64,000 bases of DNA, taken from Lophium mytilinum (lineage: Eukaryota). Location: the NCBI GenBank assembly GCA_010093605.1, contig MU004200.1:682001-746000 (forward strand). Direction: 5' to 3'. The position numbers and the translations under genes are program-made. The notes beneath the pieces are model-generated. The model did not search any database and was not told the origin of the DNA. It was given only the letters and a program-made list of their open reading frames with translations. Shown here one piece after another: positions 1-13,026 of this stretch; the stretch's first letter is position 1, and each line of letters opens with the position of its first letter.

Positions 1-482
1 CAATGCTGAGAATGAGCCCGTTGAAGCTGAGCTTATAGTCGAAGCGGATCAAGCAGAGGGTATGAACGGCAATGGCGAGCACAAACGCTCCGCTGGCGAC
101 GTCTCCGATGTGGAGAAACCAAGCTTGTGTAAAGCACGCTGTAGTCGGAGCTATGATTTTGTCCAAGCCAATCCAATGCCAAGAGATCATAAATGCCAGC
201 GCTTGTTGAAAGTCTGCAATGAGTAGATTAAGAATGAAAAGGACATATTGATTTGCTTGAATGTATTGCCTGTGTTTTGAAGCTAGGTAAGGAACGAGAA
301 AGTAGTCAAGCAGAAGATTGCACGCACCTGTAGCAATGCCTCCAGGTGTAGAGACGGTGTGCGATCAACGCTATGAGCACCAAGGTCGAGAGGGCGGAAA
401 AGGTGGCGAAGATGGCGACGCCAATGAGACCTTCTCGCATGCCTTGAGGCATTGGATCGATGGAGTATGGATGCGGGAACAT
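1..482 (-). CDS. Git3/cAMP-receptor-like 7TM integral membrane protein (GPCR-like), 5' part only; runs off the window edge
   Basis: ATG at 482 (MFPHPYSIDP...), then a hydrophobic TM1. A GT-AG intron at 327-270 joins to RQYIQANQYVLFILNLLIADFQQALAFMISWHW...CFTQAWFLHIGDVASG, which aligns by eye to the gene at 34321. The start is uncertain. Confidence 0.8.
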
Positions 483-1031
483 TTCAGCACGATTATTGAG
501 TGCCGTATCGGAGAATTCTGGTAAAGTAGGGCTTAAATTGCGAGGAACGATGCACACGCGGTGAAGAGTGCCCCGAGTTACATCCAGATTGGCAGCGAAC
601 AGCTGAGCAGGACTTCATCGAGTAGTATAGAGTACTGACGATAGTTTCTATGGCAGGGAAGAAGGGGTATTACCAAAATGTGGAGAGTCAGGTTCCCCGA
701 GTGCGGGAAGACGGGTCTATGCGCAGGGTCTACTAGTGTCTCATGCTGATCCGCTACTACGCAGCGATCTTACCATAGACAGACGGCGAAGCATACAAAT
801 GGCTAGAACGATGACGGGGCAGTCGAAATGTCAGGGCCATGTCCCTGCTAACGTTCGGCACCACTCCGGGGACTATTCGACGGCTGTAGAGAACTCCTCA
901 CTGATGAAACTAAAAGCTGCATCTGGAACGGGATCGTAACATAGAAAATGATCATGCTCCTCGGAAGATTTGACCTACTGGCAAAAAGTTATATCTGCAG
1001 CTCTCTCATACATAGCCCAGGTGCAGAGCTA

Positions 1032-1379
1032 CAGTAAAACCTCGGTATAGTGTTTTCGGGGTATAGTGATATACTCTATATAGTGATATATTTCGGCTGA
1101 CCGTACGTTTTTGTATGAGGAATAGTGATTTCCTGCTTAGTATGGTATCATTAGCTCCCACTCACCAATATCACACTAACCGGAGGGGATTTTTGTATGG
1201 GCGGGTGGTCCGTGGCACCTCCAGCCCCCTTCGACCCCCTTTAAAACCCCCTAATTTTGTGTTTTTTGGAGGCCTTTGGCTTACAAATCACTAACACGTG
1301 ACCCTTGATACAGTAATAATCTCTATACAGTGATACACCCCCGGTGAACAGACCCCATCACTATACCGAGGTTTTACTG
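1032..1379. mobile_element. Non-autonomous Tc1/mariner/pogo-type MITE, 348 bp
   Basis: Perfect 21-bp TIRs CAGTAAAACCTCGGTATAGTG (1032-1052) and CACTATACCGAGGTTTTACTG (1359-1379). TA flanks both sides (1030-1031, 1380-1381). Internal repeats of TATAGTGAT; no transposase ORF. Confidence 0.9.
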
Positions 1380-2575
1380 TACTGCAGAACCCTATGCTAA
1401 ACGAAGGGGGGCCGAGGCGTAAGCAATTGGCGCAAACTCTACCTGGGTACCTAGCATCTGCCGCGGCGACGAGTATTTGAGTTCATAGAGTGAGGCGCTA
1501 TAGTCTCTGCCGAGGCCTTGGGGAGAAGAGCCTTCACAGCTTCCCTCAAACTCGTATAGAACTGTCGCGTTGGAGCTGTCAGGAAGTAGCATGAAAGTTG
1601 GCATGGTCTGGAGCGGTCGTCCGAATGTACCCCGCATTGTCGACACGAGACGAGAGAGAGAAGGTGTTGCGGCGCTGTAGAAGCATTCACCCGCGAGGCT
1701 TCCATTGATGTGAGTGGATGGCGGATGGAATGGAGTTGGTTGGTGAAAGGACCAAGGGGACATGTGGATCTGGGGAACCCATGCGCCTGATTCGGCCCGG
1801 GCGCCGTTGCATCCCAACCGCACTTCAGGGGCTCGCTGCCTCTCCCTCCCGTCTTCCGCACCAAGACCCTTCGAGAATCCGGGGACCATGCTGCAGCTGC
1901 TCGGCCTGCTCTGCTGTCGACCTATCCGGGCACCAAAGAACCGCGACTCTTCACAGTTACGTACTTGCAGAACCCCGTGAGCGTCATCACCACTCGAGAC
2001 TATCCCTGGATTCCCCGCGTCCCAGCGACTGCTAAGGGCGTTCATCCTTCGAGCTCAGCGCTGCTGCATCGCACTCAGCTCGTCTTGATGCGTATATTGT
2101 GGCTTTCTCATACGAGGGTGGGCAAAGTGAAGCCTAGAACTGGCATCGTCGTCCACAAGGCACACACTTACGCCTTATCTCGGTTTCTTCGGCTGCGGAG
2201 ACCGTAATGCCGACCCACTTGATCAAGCCAGCTCACACTTGAAACGTTTATCTGTGGGCCGCAGCAGCTCCCGCCATCTGGAGGAGCTGTCGATTACAAC
2301 CGAGTGCATTGACTACTCTAATCCTAGTGTTTCTGTCCTCTACGTAAACCGTCGTCAACTGTATCGGCTGTGACCTCTCAAACCACTACATGTACGGAAA
2401 TCTCAAATTGGTTCCCGTCTGAGTACAGGCACCGGATGTTCACTGGCCTTCTCTCAGGTCTCACATCTGGACTGATTTGCGAACTTTCCAATCTGCAGAA
2501 TTTGGTGATTTTTGCGTCAAGCCTTGGCCCAGGCGACTTCATTCTCGTGCAAGGAGCCCTACGCTAAGGGTAGGC

Positions 2576-3543
2576 TTAGAAGTAGCCTCCATCCACGTTG
2601 ATCACCTGATTTCATGATTAGCAACACGAAGCATCATAGATGAGAAGGGAAGACCTGCAGATGCAGTGATGAAGCTTGCCTCGTCACTAAGTAAGAACAA
2701 AATAGTCCTCGCTATCTCTTCCGCTTCACCAATTCTACCCAACGCCGTAGTGGCTAGGAACGCTTCGCGCGAGGTACTTGGGGTTGCGGTCAGCGCCGTG
2801 GCTACCACACCTCTACGCACTGTCAGTCCTCGTTTATAAGTGCACTTAGGCGGAACCCACGGTGCTACGGCGTTCACTCGAACTCCTTGCTTGCCAACTT
2901 CCTTCGCTGCCGTCTTCGTAAGTCCGATGACTCCCCACTTGCTAACGACATATCTGCCATTTCTCGTCAGTTACTGAGAAATATCGAGTAGATAGAATCC
3001 ATGATACACCTACGGAGAGCAGTTGGGTGGTCCGTATTGCCCCGCGGTGCTAGCAGCATTAACGATGGATCCAGGGCCCTTTATTGATTGCATCTGTGCT
3101 CTCAGACAGTTCTTCACTCCATCTAGATTTGTCTTCATGATCATGTCCCAGTCATCGTCCTCGAGAGTGGTAAGGCCAAATTTCCCAACTGGAGTCTTTC
3201 GGGTTGCTGCTATTCCGGCCATATTTGCAGCACCTAATTATATCTATACTAAGTCCAAGTCACTGTTGTTGCTATGATCAGACTTACCATGTAGACCCCC
3301 AAACTTATCAACGACGGCCTTTGTCGCATTATCAACCGCTTCGCGACTTTGGACATTACAGGCTAGAGCAAGGCAGCTCCCTCCAGCCTTTTCAATCTCT
3401 GTAGCCACCTCATCTGGTGATCGAAGGTCAAATAGACCAACATTTGCACCCTGTTGTCCTAGCAGGATGGCCGTCGATCGACCCATTCCGGACGATGCGC
3501 CCGTCACTATAAATGTCTTCCCTGCGAGACTTTTGTATGACAT
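2576..3543 (-). CDS. Classical short-chain dehydrogenase/reductase, 5 exons
   Basis: TGASSGMG Rossmann motif, IVNAAS, YVVSK catalytic motif after splicing, RVNAVAPG. C-terminal FITAS|VINVDGGYF* needs a GC-AG intron at 2658-2606. Confidence 0.9.
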
Positions 3544-3946
3544 GTTGAATGTTTTCTTACTTGATTTTTTTCTTCCTGTTGTGCGCTTTCTGGTACTGGA
3601 GTTCTGTCAATAGTTGATCCTTTTGCTGGATAGTGCTGCTTCGGTGATGCTCGAACAGAGGAACACCAAGCACTTGCATAAACAACCACGATAACTTAAC
3701 CAAGACCCCACGTTCCGCCTACCCCTCGCCGAATCCACTAAATACCCCGCAGAAAGCCAATTGATGGTTCCGCAAAGCATCCCACCAAGTCCCCAATTCT
3801 CAATCCCGTGAGAGCCAATGAGAGCAATGCCTTTTCCGGTGACATTCCGGAACCACCTTTTTTGGGACCTGTGTATATCACGACTCACAACGTTATTAGT
3901 GGCTCTGTATTCAGCGTTGAACTCAGCCAGCTCATCTCTTCGCGTC

Positions 3947-6034
3947 ATGGAGATAGTCAAATCTGACCCAGGTGTGACAGCGGCGGTATCGGCGGGAGTT
4001 CTGGGACTGGTGTCGCATCAGATTTTCAAGCGCAATGAGCCGACAGTGTAGTAAGTTACGGTAGTCTCAAAGATGAAGCGCGAGGAAGCTGATCGTGCAC
4101 TAGTTCTTTCGCCAGCCATGTGCTTATTGTCAATGCCGGTTTGACTGTGCTCTACAAGTATTTGCAAGGGACTGTCGACCAGCTTGCCGTTGTAGCTCTT
4201 GTAGATTTCTTTGTCTATCTTCTCACATTGAGGTAAGCCTTTCTGAAAACCAGAACAAATAATCTAGCTGTGCTGATTGGTGAATAGCTCGAGTATTGTA
4301 CTCTATCGAGTCTTTTTTCATCCGCTCAACCAATACCCCGGCCCCATCCTCTGCAAAATCACCAGATTCGCATCCAGCTGGCATGTCATGACTCGCGATT
4401 CTCACGAATGGCAAATGTCGCTGCACAAGAAGGTACGAATTCGAATGCTTCAACAGGTACTGGTACTAAGAAATCGCAGTACGGAGATGTAGTCCGTCTC
4501 TCCCCAAACGAGCTCTCCTTCATATCCGCATCCTCAGTAGACCAGCTCCATGGTAGTAAAGCCGGAAAGTTAGCACGCGGGCCCTTCTACTCCGGCGACC
4601 CCAACCGACCAGCCGATTCTATGCTCTCCACTCAAGATCTCAACGAGCATAGATGGCGGCGCAAGACATGGGAGCGCGGGTTCGGCAGCAAGCAGCTTCG
4701 CGATTTTGAGCCCCGTGTCATTCGCCTGCTAGACATGTTAGTATCGCAGCTTCGAGAGCGAGTTGGGAGTAAGTCAAAACTCCTTACACAAGTTATCCTA
4801 ATATTCACATAATCCAATTAGCGACTCAAAACATGACACGCTGGTCTGAGTACTTCGCGTACGACGTCATGTCTGACCTCGCTTTCTCCGAAGACTTTGG
4901 CATGCTGAAAGCAGCTAAACCACATCCTTACATCCCGGCTCTCCATGATGCCACTAGGCTACTCGTCATTGCGTCGCAGACTCCCTGGATCCGGCCTCTG
5001 ATGCCCTGGTTCCCAGTAGAAGCGCAGTCGAAGAAGGCCGGGAAGGAGTTCGCGCGGATCTCAAGGGAAACGTATCTCAGGAGGAAAGCGAGAGAGGTCA
5101 AGGAGCCGGACATGTATGAGTATATAGCGTCGCCAGATCGTTCAGGCCCACGACCACTTACGGAGGCAGAGGTTGTGGCAGATTCAGCTCGTATGTATGC
5201 ACTTGACACTTGAGAGCTTTCGTACTGACATTGGTACAGTCCTGATTGCCGCCGGTGCGGTTTCGACAGCTCTCAGCATTACTTTCATGTTCTTTCATCT
5301 ACTGCAAGACCCGAAGCAGATGGCGCGTCTGCAATCCGAGATCGACAGCTGTTGGGACGGCGTGACGCTTCTCGACGTAACCATGCTAGGTTAGAGAAGC
5401 CCAGTTTCTTTCACTCCCTTTCGATCTAAAGTTTCGAACGCCCAAGTCCCATTCACTTTCATCCTATTACCCTCGTTCATTGTAGCTCACCTACCTGTCC
5501 TCTTCGTTCTACTCAATTCCCCTCATGTTCAACTGGGCTCTCTCCTAATAGCACTCAGCACCTCAACGCGCCCCCTACCTCGACGGCTGCATCAACGAAT
5601 CCCTCCGCCTCTGGCCCCCGGCGCCCAACGGGATGCAACGCCGTACTCCCTCCGACGGCGTCGTCGTAGACGGCCGCTTCGTCCCAGGCGGCACCCAAGT
5701 CTCGAACCACACGATGGGCATCCAGCGCGACGCGCGGCACTTCACCAACCCTGATGCCTTCATCCCGGAGCGTTGGATTGATAGCGAGCGTCCTGCAGAT
5801 TGGAACCACGATGTGCGTACGTTCATTCCGTTCACGATCGGGCAGTTTGCGTGCTTGGGGAAGAATTTGGCGTATCAGGAGTTGAGGCTGTTTATGGGGG
5901 GAGTGGTGAGAAATTTCGAGTTTAGGTTTGCGGAGGGCTTTAGGACGGAGGTGTTTGAGGGGCAGATTAAGTATAAGGGGACTTTCTTGATTGGGGAGTT
6001 GCCCGTTGTGTTTAGTGATAGAAAGGCAAGTTAG
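3947..6034 (+). CDS. Cytochrome P450 monooxygenase, multi-exon
   Basis: N-terminal TM segment, YRVFFHPLNQYPGP, YGDVVRLSPNELSF, ExxR (INESLR), PERW and heme motif FTIGQFACLG. The introns can be joined in frame. Confidence 0.92.
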
Positions 6035-6718
6035 GGAGATGAAACGACCAGCTCGCACGTTCTGGAGACGCATTCAATAGTCCATTATGGATCGGGATAG
6101 AGACGTCTGTTGGATAGCAATGATAACCTACATCAACATGTTTTGTTCTAGAATGCTGTCTGTGGATGAAAAGCAATAACAGGAATTAAGAGTGGGTATG
6201 AAGGGAGCTCCACAAGGGGTGATTTAGGTAGTGAGGCGAGAGGGGAAGATCTACCCCAATAGTAAAGCTTTGGGTATATTGTAACTCTGCCATACTTGTG
6301 GGCTTTTGTGCCTTTTTAATCTAAGGCACTCGGTACTCCACACCTCACTTCAAGCCTAGACCTACTTAGTTTGGTAGTGGCACAGTGGTAGTATTGAGGC
6401 GAGCCAACCACGCAGAATAATCACTTCGAATCTCTACTTGAAAAAGTCTAAAATCAAAGAAAGTATCACGAAAGGGTGCAAGTAGTTCATAATTCTCTAT
6501 GAGGGTACGTACTGCACGTGCCGCTAATTCGCGCCTCAGGCCTCCAGGATTCCCCACCCGTGCGTCGATGACCGGCGATTGGAACGGCCACCTATCTGAC
6601 AGCACGCGCCTCCGACGACATATCAACACCACGCGCCACCCTCACAGTCCTCCACTCGAATGCTAGGAGAGCTGCAGATGGCTGTTTGCACCCGTAATTG
6701 CTCCTCTCTCCCGTAGCG

Positions 6719-9700
6719 ATGGTGACGTTATCCGCCTTCGTCTTCATCTACGTGCTCGGCGGCATCAGCTTCATCCCACTGGTAGTGGCGGCAATACTCC
6801 TCCACGCCCACCTCACATTCCCCACTCGAGCTACGAAGGAACCTTTGGATGGATCGACAGGCTTCTCCGCCAGCGACGCCGAGCAACAACGGCGTGATCT
6901 CAACACGGACGAGGATAACTTACCAGAGGAGCTCAAACCTCGCGCCCACGAGCCAGATGTTGCCGCCGGATACTTTGCAGTGTGTCGAGAATATGTGCCG
7001 GGTGGTGTGAATGGCAAACCTCCGGAGAGGACCACGCCCGCTGGGGTGGTGGTCGCTAACGAAAGCCCCAGCGTATACCAAAGCATGTATAGAAGCATCT
7101 TTGATCGCAACAAGGGCCAGCCGCCTTCCCTGGACAGTGCCAACGGGAAGACCAAGAAGGCTAGAAATGTCTTCTTCGTCGTGTTGAGGTGCGTACCCAC
7201 TACTGGCTTGACATAGTATAAGCTAATCGTACCACAGACACGGCCACTTAATGCTCTATGACGACTCGGAACAACTCGACGTACGCCACGTCATATCTCT
7301 CGCATATCATGATGTAGACGTCTTCGCTGGAGGAGAGAAAATACCAGAGGGAGAGTTATGGATCAAGCGGAACTGCATTCGATTGACGCGGCGAAGGGTC
7401 GTTGGTGATATAACCGATGAGGCGAAACCATTCTTCCTATTCTCTGACAATTGCTCAGAAAAGGAGGATTTTTACCATGCCATGCTCCAGAATCAGGAGC
7501 GGAACCGGACGTCGCCTCAGAATCCGCCGCGACCCTTGCTGTTCGAGACGTCCGATATTGTAAAGCTAGTTCAACAGCTTCACGCCAACGAAGAGAACCT
7601 CCAAACCAGGTGGATAAACGCCTTGATCGGACGATTATTTCTTGCCATGTACAAGACCGCCGAGATTGAAGAATTTATTCGAATGAAGATTACCAAAAAG
7701 ATAGCTCGCGTTCCGAAACCCGCCTTCATCAACAGTCTTAAATTGCAGAAGATTGACATGGGAGACTTGCCGCCGTTTATTACCAATCCAAAGCTTAAGG
7801 AATTGACAGTAGATGGAGACCTAACGATCGAAGCTGATGTCAAATACAAAGGTAGCTTCCGTCTAGAGATCGCAGCTGTTGCCCGCATCGAATTGGGTTC
7901 GCGATTTAAACCTCGCGAGGTTAATCTCGTTCTTGCTGGTCTTCTCAAAAAGCTGGAAGGCCATATTTTGATCAGAGTGAAACCACCACCAAGCAATCGA
8001 CTATGGATCTCATTCGAAACCATTCCCAAGATGGACATATCCATTGAACCGATCATCAGCTCGCGGCAAATCACTTACGGAGTAGTTTTACGAGCAATTG
8101 AAAGTAGGATACGAGAGACTATTGCCGAAACACTTGTCTTGCCCAACTGGGATGACATACCATTCCATGATACTATGCTGCAGCGCTTCCGAGGCGGCAT
8201 TTGGGCTGACGATTCAAGACTTCGGCCGTTTGGAGACCATCAAACTGAAGCAGCGAAGCACGGACTTGCTGATGAGATTGACAAAGACTCGGATTCCGAG
8301 GAATCCATACCGCCTCCTACCCTGAGCGCAAAAGATAAAACCATGAGCCTGCCGAGTCTCACAGACACGCCGCCAAAGGGATTAGTTTCGCGAAAGGGAG
8401 CTCCTTCTACCATATCCTTGGATGATGGTGCGGTGGGTGTCACTTCAGGGGCAGAGGCTAGGAAAAGACCACACCCCAAAGCCATCCGGTCTGGCTCGTT
8501 CGCCTCAGCGAGCAGTCCAGTGGTCAATCTAGATCCATCAACAGTAGAGGCTTTGCGTGCTCACGCTCCCCAAGGTGGCCAAGATGCAGCGAGCGCGATG
8601 AAGATCATATCATCTCGCTCACCGCCAACATCTCCCTTTGAGTCGCCTGTCGGGTCTCCCGATCCACCAAGCCTCATTTCACAACGTTCAAAGAAGAATA
8701 GCGTATCGTCAGTGCGCTCGACACCGAACCGCACTGAGGATGAACAAGCATCGGCAGATTTTGATGCTTTGGTGGATCGCACTGGCTCGTTGCTGAAACG
8801 ATCTAGCGCTAGTAGTTTGACTACTTCCGACGATGTTTCCTCTCATAGTAACACGCCGACAGGTCTGAAACATGCACATACAATGGCGTCAGTGAAGAGC
8901 AATCTCTCATCAGCGGAAAAGCGACAAGCGCTGAATCAGACTCTGAACTCTGCTACTGCTGCTGCAAAGAAGTGGTTTGCAAACCGCCAGCAAGGTGGAA
9001 ACTCTTCTGCAGACTCTAACCTCTCCCATCATCGATCAACTGCCAGCTCCAGCTCCGTCTCCCAGGAGACCCTCGCTGACACTTCGAGTATCGCGTCTTC
9101 CGCCCAGCAGTCTAGCGAAAACGACACACATAAGAACGGAGATCGAGCTGGCTCTACCACCCAACCCATCGGCCGCGGCCAACCCCTACCACCACCCGGA
9201 ACACCCCTCCCGTTCCCAGAGAAGCGCAACTCTAGCTGGGCGGTCCCTGGAGCCGCCGCTTTGGCAAGTATCGCAAAACGTAAACCCATTCCGCCGCCGG
9301 CAAGGTCGCCCGCAGCCATCTCTACACCGCCCTCGACCCAGTCACCGGGAAAGAGTCCTGCATTTTCCTTCCCCAAACAGTCGACGTCCCAGGACCATCT
9401 CCCATTTGAGATGCCGCCACCCGGGCATCATAGATCGAACTCACACCGTGCTGTACCGAACCCGCCGCTCCCGCCGAGGAGGAAACGGGTTTCGAATGCG
9501 GGGCTGAACCAAGATATGGGCTTTGGGGAGGGCTTGATGGTTGTAGAGGCACCTATTTCAGATACGAGTACACCTAATAGTCCGTTGAAGGAGAGGCATT
9601 CTAGGGAGCATGACAAAGGTGAACGTGTCGACGAAGAGGGGGAGAAGGCGAAGACGCCGGATGAGGAAAGTCCTAGTCTTGATGAGGTTGAGGAGGGGGT

Positions 9701-9821
9701 TTTTCAGGCGATGGACCTGGAGTCTGGGAAGGAAGGTCAGGCTCTTTCACAGACTGGACTGGGTGGGTTAGAAGAGAATGTGTGGGGAGATGAGGGTGGT
9801 GCGGAGAAGAAGCCTGTCTGA
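6719..9821 (+). CDS. NVJ2: Nvj2/TEX2-like lipid-transfer protein (TM + PH-like + SMP domain)
   Basis: N-terminal TM (FVFIYVLGGISFIPL). One intron at ~7189-7238 joins to HGHLMLYDD. SMP signatures TRWINALIGRLFL and KPPPSNRLW; low-complexity tail. Confidence 0.85.
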
Positions 9822-11669
9822 TATTCACAGAGAATGAAAAGGGGCTTTATTCTCATGCCCTTCGTGCCAGGACTTGGTTCGAAAACAGCTGTGCGTTGGG
9901 CGGGGTGCAGGTATTCATGATCGATGGCACCGTTGCGCAATAAGGACTACACATCTCAGCTCGCCTCATACTCGGGTCCTTCAACCCACCGCCGACTCCT
10001 GCGTGTTCCCTACGGCGAACTATATTCCATCACACCCTTCTGGAGAAACAACACTGACCGCCATGTAAATCATCAAAATCCGCCACGGCTCGTTCCACGG
10101 CAGACTCTCCATAACTGCTGCTACGTCCAGCACTTTCCAGGACGTCAAGATCTGACTCGAGTAGACCCAAGGCCTAGGTACTCGCCGCCAATTTGGTCAT
10201 TGCCTTATCCTATCCACGGGATACACATTCGGTATCTTACCCTAGGCGCCAGATCAGTCGTCTTCCCTAAAGCTGTCAGCCAGGGCATCGCATCGCCTTG
10301 GGCAAAGTAATGTAGAATTATGCAGGGAAAGTGGGCGACGTAGCTGCGTGTCTCTGTCTGGTAGATATCGTAAGACGCTGTTTCAGGGGGTGAAACGAAG
10401 GAGAAGATCATCCGTGCTGGTAGACGCAAAGGGCGTTTGTGGTCTGAACTATCTCTGACCCAGGTTGGGTTGGACAGAGCGTCTTAGGCGACTGGGTGGG
10501 ATAGAGAGGAAGCAAAACGGAGCGAGGATAGGTAGTCATAAATGATATGAATCAAATCACTACTCCATCGATACAACACTCACTGCAATCGTGTTGCTTC
10601 TGCCGCGGCTCAGTAATGCCTGTTTCGGTAGCCTCGTTCTTCCGCTATCAAAGCTCGAAGCCCTTACGTGTCTATCATGCCCGCTGACTAACATCTAACT
10701 TGCCAGACCTATAAAAACTCCTCCCCCAAACTTCTCGGCTCTTCATCAGGGCGGGCTCGGTAAAAATCGAAAGGTGGAGGGGATTGCAATGGCGGCTTGT
10801 CTTCGGTTGAACTCCCAAATGCTACAAGTGTTGTAGGAGAGGTAGAGTCCAGTTTTCAAAGGCTTTTGCAAGACCTTCCATGGAGGAAGCTTCGTGTCGG
10901 TCGAGTTAAACCATCCTCAAAATGGGTCAACGGGGAGGCTGGGTGGAGATCAAAGCAATTGCTTCAATCATTTATGAGTTTGGGTTCGGGTGCTGGGTGA
11001 AGAAAAGTACGACAGGTCCGGCAATGTGTTGGGGATCTGGGATCAAAACCGGCGACGAAGTAAAGGAATGAGTAGGTGGTGGGTGTGGAACTCAAAACTT
11101 GGATGAAAGACAATCCATGTAGGGGTGCGTGGTGGAGGATATAGGGAAAGCGCTGGTGATGGTCAACTCTGTTGTTTGAAGGTTCTAGGAGATTTTTGAG
11201 CGGAATTACGAATGCTAGATGAAGCTCAGGACGACAGGTTTTGGCGGGTGAAGACAATGTAGAGGAAGAGCAATGGAGGCTCATAGTGGAAATTATCAAC
11301 ATCTTATGAACTGCACGCCATACGCGTTGTTGAAACCTCCTCCGCTTCTCTACACATAGCATACGACGGCGGGCTGCTTAACTTAAAGCACAGCCACCTT
11401 GTACCACTCTTGTATCTTTGTCTGTCTTAGACTTTCTACTTTGCAGAAGACTCAGACAGCCAAATCTCCATTACGAGCGAATCGAGAGGCATGTCGGCAT
11501 CTTATATCCCAACACAGGCGGCAAAGCGTGGTCATCACCTGACAAATTGAACTGGGCCATAGGAACAATTAACATTTCAATAGGCAAGTCCCGTGCCAAT
11601 GCCTATAATCTTCAGCATCTCTTGCTCCATTGCCATTTCGTCCACCACCGAACCACTCCAAAACCGATT

Positions 11670-13026
11670 CTACAGTTTCGCCCCAGCCTTCACAAACCCA
11701 CCCGCCCCCCTTAGCAGCCCTGCCGCCTCTTCCACAATCTCCTTCACAATCTCCCCGGCAGACTGATCTTTCTTATTAACCAATCCCGCGACCATACCCA
11801 TCGGCCTATTGAACTATTAGCACTCCCCACTCCATCTTTCTGGTAGATTTCATACTTCACAGACGCCTGCTCCTCAATCTCCTCCGTCAACTTCCCCGCA
11901 GCACTCAACCGATCAAGATCATACTCAGCCGGCAAAACCCCCTTCGCCGTCAATTCTCTGATCTCCTGCTGTCGGTTCGTTTCCCAGTCATCGATGTAGG
12001 GCGTCCGTGCGGCGCGGAGCGGGCGTCCAGTCCATATCGTACTTTTAATCACCGAATCGAACCCGGCATCGATGACTAGCTTCTTCGCATACTCGCTCGC
12101 ACCGCTCTCCTTCGCGGGAATAAAGCGCGTCCCGACCCACACCCCACTTGCGCCGAACATCAGCGCGGCAGCGAGACTGCGGCCGTCGTTGACCCCGCCA
12201 GCGGCGACGAGCTGGACGGGTTCGTTAGTGAGTGGCGAAATGTATTGTTTGCAGACGTCGGCGCAGGCAGGGATGAGGATGCCGAACGGGATGTCGCCTG
12301 TGTGGCCGCCTGCTTCGCCGCCTTGGGCGCAGATGAGGTCGGCGCCGATGGCGCAGGCTTTGTGGATGTGCTGGTGTTGTTAGTGCTGATAGTTGGTCGA
12401 GCTGGAGAACGGGGATGCTGACTTTTGGGTGTCCTATTATGTTCTTCGGCTCAGTTAGTAACTGAGATTATTGGTGATTAGATGTAGGTTAGCATACCAT
12501 ATACAATATCCCGTTCTTATGTAGCTTCTCGACCACCCATTTCGGTGGTACACCCACTGCAGAAACGAACAGTTTTGCTCCGCCTTCGATGATAACGTCG
12601 ACGAGTTCGTTTAATGAGCCTTTTGTGTAGTCATACTGCCCGATGTCAGTAACTTGATGGGATTATGCAGGCAGAGGAAACGATGTACTTGCATTCGTCT
12701 TCCTTGCGTTCCCTCCCACTTGCGGAATCAGCAGATCAACGCCAAACGGTAGATTTGGTTCCGTCATCAAGGACTGTGATGTTGCACATGGATTAGCGTC
12801 AGAGTCCCCAAAGATCATATTTGATCGAATGTCAAACACGAACCTTTGTCTCTTTGATCAAGTCGCGTAACATGGCAGGCGTATACGAAATTCCTCCTAG
12901 CACACCCATTCCACCTGCATTAGACACCGCGGCTGCAAGCGAGGGGCTAGCGACGCCGCCCATGCCTGCGAGGAGGATGGGGTGCTGGATCCCGAGGAGA
13001 GTCGTTAGTGGAGTTGAGATGGACAT
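11670..13026 (-). CDS. Nitronate monooxygenase (2-nitropropane dioxygenase) family FMN enzyme
   Basis: LLGIQHPILLAGMGG, AAVSNAGGMG, ARKTN|YDYTKG, QGGEAGGHTG, VAAGG, GVWVGTRF. Several introns, including a 21-nt exon (NIIGHPK). Confidence 0.92.

Noticed and set aside
1392..2045. 217-aa minus-strand ORF next to the MITE as a possible transposase
   Set aside because: It lies outside the TIRs, has no DDE or HTH motifs, and its composition looks like random intergenic sequence.
9874..11650. Several short ORFs between NVJ2 and NMO
   Set aside because: No recognisable motifs and no consistent splice model; a decayed gene cannot be excluded.
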